DNA from: Treponemataceae bacterium | GTDB lineage: Bacteria > Spirochaetota > Spirochaetia > Treponematales > Rectinemataceae | Length of the DNA: 48,194 bases | Reading direction: 5' to 3' | Assembly: GCA_963667725.2 (NCBI GenBank) | Contig: CAXXHO010000002.1 | Coordinates: 1-48,194, forward strand | In this document: positions 45,673-48,194 of the stretch, piece after piece | Layout: each line of letters opens with the position of its first letter | Position numbering within the stretch: the stretch's first letter is position 1 | Notes under the pieces: generated by a model | Told to the model about the DNA's origin: nothing | Seen by the model: the letters and a program-made list of their open reading frames with translations, nothing else | The model's database searches: none | Translations under genes and position numbers: made by a program

Positions 45673-48194
45673 ATGGCGGCGATCCGCGGACAATATTCCT
45701 TTCTTACCCGATGGGCGGCGGCGCTCTGCCTCGCCGTTTTGGCGCTCGCGGCGCCGTCTTCCGCTTGGGCTATCGATCCCGCCTCGATCGCCTGGCGCCC
45801 TTTGGGCGGGGAGCAGGGGCTCGCGGGCGGGGCTGTCCGCTCCATAGCCCAGGACAGCAGGGGTTTGATATGGGTCGGCGCCGGCGACGGCCTTTACCGC
45901 TACGACGGCCAGGGATTCGCCTTCTTCAGGCCCGATACTTGGGGAGGGGTCCTGGGCGCGCCCTCGATCTACCGGATTCTGGCCGATGGCAGGAACGGGA
46001 TCTGGATCGCCGCCTCGAACGGCGTCCTGCGCTACGACACGCTCGCGGGCGAGTTCAGGAGGGCGAGGCTCGCGGACCCGCCGGGGGAGCGATCGACCCG
46101 GATAGCCGCCTTGGCCATCGACCAGGGCGGGCGGGTTTTTGCCGGCGCGGCCGACGGCACTGTCTGGGCGATCGACCCCGAGGGGCTCTCCGGCGCGGTG
46201 TTCGCGGGTCCGGGGGAGGTGGGGGCCGCGGTGTCGTCCCTTGAGGCCGATACCGCGGGGCGGGTCTGGGTCGGCACCGACGGGGCGGGGATAGCCCTCC
46301 TCGACGGCGCGGGGCGGCTCCTGGCCCGCCACAGGGCGGGAGGTCCCGGCGGCCCCGCCTCGAACCGCGTGGGCGCCATCATGGAGGACTCGCTCGGCTT
46401 CCTCTGGATAGGCTACGCCGACGGCGGCGTCGACTTGTACGAGGCGGGGCGCTTCAGGCACGCCCGCGCGGCCGCCCCGGGGCGCGGCGCCCCGCCGGCC
46501 GTGTCGGCCATGGCCGAGGACCAGCAGGGCCAGATCTGGGTCGGCCTCAGGGATGGCGGCGTGGGCATCCTGGACCCTTCGAGCATGGAACTTTCGATCT
46601 ACCCCTTCGCGGAAGGCCGCGAAGTCTCGGCCCTCCTGCGCGACCGGCGGGGCCTGCTCTGGGCGGGAATGCGGTCGGGGGGCCTGATGACCGGCGATTT
46701 CCGCTCGGCGGGCTTCCAGCGCCTGACGGCCCTGCCGGGCGGCGCCCGGATCGGCGCGGCGACCGCCCTGGCCGCCGCGCCCTCGGGGCGGCTCCTGGCC
46801 GCGGGCTCTTCCGCGGGACTTTTAGCCTTCGACGCGGTGGCCGGGAGCTTCGCGCAGGCCGCGTCGGCTGCGTCGGCCGCGCCGACAGCGCAGGCCGCGC
46901 CGCTGAACCCGGGTGGAGAGGCAGGGCCGGGGGCGCCCGCCCTCGGCAAGATTCAGGCGATCCTTCCCCTCGACGACGGGACCATCTGGCTGGGCACGAG
47001 CGGCGGCGGCCTCCTCGGGCTTAGCCCAGGCGGCGCGCGGCTTTCCCGCGCCCCCGGCTCCCGCCTCGCCTCGCCCTACGTCCTCTGCTTGCTCAGGGCC
47101 GAGGACGGCAAGATCTGGGTGGGCACGGAGGGCGGCGGCCTCGACCTTTTCGATCCCCGCACGGGAAGCGTGCGGCACTGGGGATACGCCGCGGGATCGT
47201 CCCCGCCCCTGCCCGCCACCGCCGTTACCTGCCTGCGCCGCGACGCCTCGGGCAGAACCTGGGCCGGCACGGCCGACGCGGGCCTCTTTGTCCGCGAGCC
47301 GGGAGGAGCGCGCTTCCGCCCCTTCGGCAGGGGCGGCCGCAGCAGGGAAGGCCTGGGCAGCCTGCGCGTCAACGCAGTCCTGGAAGATTCCCGGGGCAGG
47401 CTCTGGGTGGGCATGGGCGGCGGCGGGCTCGCGGCCATCGACCCCTGGACCGAGGCCGTCGTCGCGCGCGCCGCCTCGGCAGGGCTGGACGACGAAACGA
47501 TCTACGGCCTGGCCGAAGACGGCCAGGGCATCCTCTGGGTGGCAGGCTCCAAGGGCTTCTACGGCTACGATCCCCAGCGGGGCGACCTTTTCCGCTTCGG
47601 CCCCGAGGACGGCCTGGCCCCCGGCGGCTACGGCGCGGTGCTCGCCTCGGGCGACGGCCGTATCTGGCTTGGCGGCGAGGGCGGCTTCACCCGCTTCGAC
47701 CCCGCCCGCGTGTCGCGCTACGGACTGGCGCCCGACGTGATCGTGGCCGACGTCGAGACCCCCGGCGGCCCGGACAGCTTCCGGCGCTCCCCCGAGCGGG
47801 ACGAGATACGGCTGGGACACGACAACGCCGGCCTGCGTTTCGCCATCGCGGCGATCGATTTTTCCTCCGCGGGCAGGAACCGTTACGCCATGATGCTCGA
47901 AGGGCACCAATCCGCCTGGTCGGACATGGGCTCCATGAACGCGGGCTACATAGCCCCCCTCGCCCCGGGGCGCTACATGCTGCGCGTCCGCGCCGCCAAC
48001 GGCAACGGCGTCTGGAACCCCTACGGCGCCTCCTTGGCCATCGTCGTCAGCCCGCCCTGGTGGGGCACCTGGTGGTTCCGCGCCGCGGCGGCCGCTGCGA
48101 TCGCCCTCCTGGCCGCGGGCGGGGCCGCGGCGACGCTGGGCGGCCTCAGGCGCCGCAACGAACTCCTGGCGCGGTTCGCGCGCCACATCGAGGA
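45673..48194 (+). CDS. Ligand-binding sensor with Reg_prop beta-propellers, Y_Y_Y domain and TM helix (probable histidine kinase), 3'-partial
   Basis: Absent from the ORF track because it runs off the window. Manual translation gives a signal peptide (ALCLAVLALAAPSSAWA), repeats such as SIAQDSRGLIWVG and EDSLGFLWIG, Y_Y_Y (LAPGRYMLRVRAANGNGVW), PPWW and TM, then RRRNELLARFARHIE. Confidence 0.88.
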   Translation, partial: MAAIRGQYSFLTRWAAALCLAVLALAAPSSAWAIDPASIAWRPLGGEQGLAGGAVRSIAQDSRGLIWVGAGDGLYRYDGQGFAFFRPDTWGGVLGAPSIYRILADGRNGIWIAASNGVLRYDTLAGEFRRARLADPPGERSTRIAALAIDQGGRVFAGAADGTVWAIDPEGLSGAVFAGPGEVGAAVSSLEADTAGRVWVGTDGAGIALLDGAGRLLARHRAGGPGGPASNRVGAIMEDSLGFLWIGYADGGVDLYEAGRFRHARAAAPGRGAPPAVSAMAEDQQGQIWVGLRDGGVGILDPSSMELSIYPFAEGREVSALLRDRRGLLWAGMRSGGLMTGDFRSAGFQRLTALPGGARIGAATALAAAPSGRLLAAGSSAGLLAFDAVAGSFAQAASAASAAPTAQAAPLNPGGEAGPGAPALGKIQAILPLDDGTIWLGTSGGGLLGLSPGGARLSRAPGSRLASPYVLCLLRAEDGKIWVGTEGGGLDLFDPRTGSVRHWGYAAGSSPPLPATAVTCLRRDASGRTWAGTADAGLFVREPGGARFRPFGRGGRSREGLGSLRVNAVLEDSRGRLWVGMGGGGLAAIDPWTEAVVARAASAGLDDETIYGLAEDGQGILWVAGSKGFYGYDPQRGDLFRFGPEDGLAPGGYGAVLASGDGRIWLGGEGGFTRFDPARVSRYGLAPDVIVADVETPGGPDSFRRSPERDEIRLGHDNAGLRFAIAAIDFSSAGRNRYAMMLEGHQSAWSDMGSMNAGYIAPLAPGRYMLRVRAANGNGVWNPYGASLAIVVSPPWWGTWWFRAAAAAAIALLAAGGAAATLGGLRRRNELLARFARHIE

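Overview
GC-rich bacterial DNA, most likely from a free-living spirochaete. This placement is inferred from a DUF6675-like gene and Treponema-style WbaP and RmlB proteins. Left end (1-3.8 kb): a partial M19 dipeptidase, a 5'-truncated AAA/DUF4143 ATPase-nuclease pseudogene, a creatininase-family gene and a DEAD-box helicase, with several structured non-coding elements. Middle (4.2-42.1 kb): a ~38 kb co-directional surface-polysaccharide locus. It combines a host-GC block (WbaP, glycosyltransferases, deacetylase, EpsG-type Wzy, Asn-synthase-like enzyme, MurJ-like flippase, CBS-nucleotidyltransferase, two Wzi-like barrels, one single-POTRA Omp85-like barrel, GNAT) with a lower-GC imported block (GTs, second Wzy, rmlA-D-C, Wzx, fnlA, second initiating transferase, GT, fnlB-C), followed by rmlB, a DegT aminotransferase and an LgaA-like dehydratase. 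No Wza, Wzc or Wzz is recognisable. Right end (42.2-48.2 kb): a signalling cluster with an ECF sigma factor, a zinc-binding anti-sigma carrying an extracytoplasmic CBM48-like domain, a secreted helical protein, a MASE3-GGDEF cyclase and a beta-propeller/Y_Y_Y sensor that runs off the window. Three of these genes look leaderless. Family assignments come from motif recognition by eye and GC statements are visual estimates; no searches were run.
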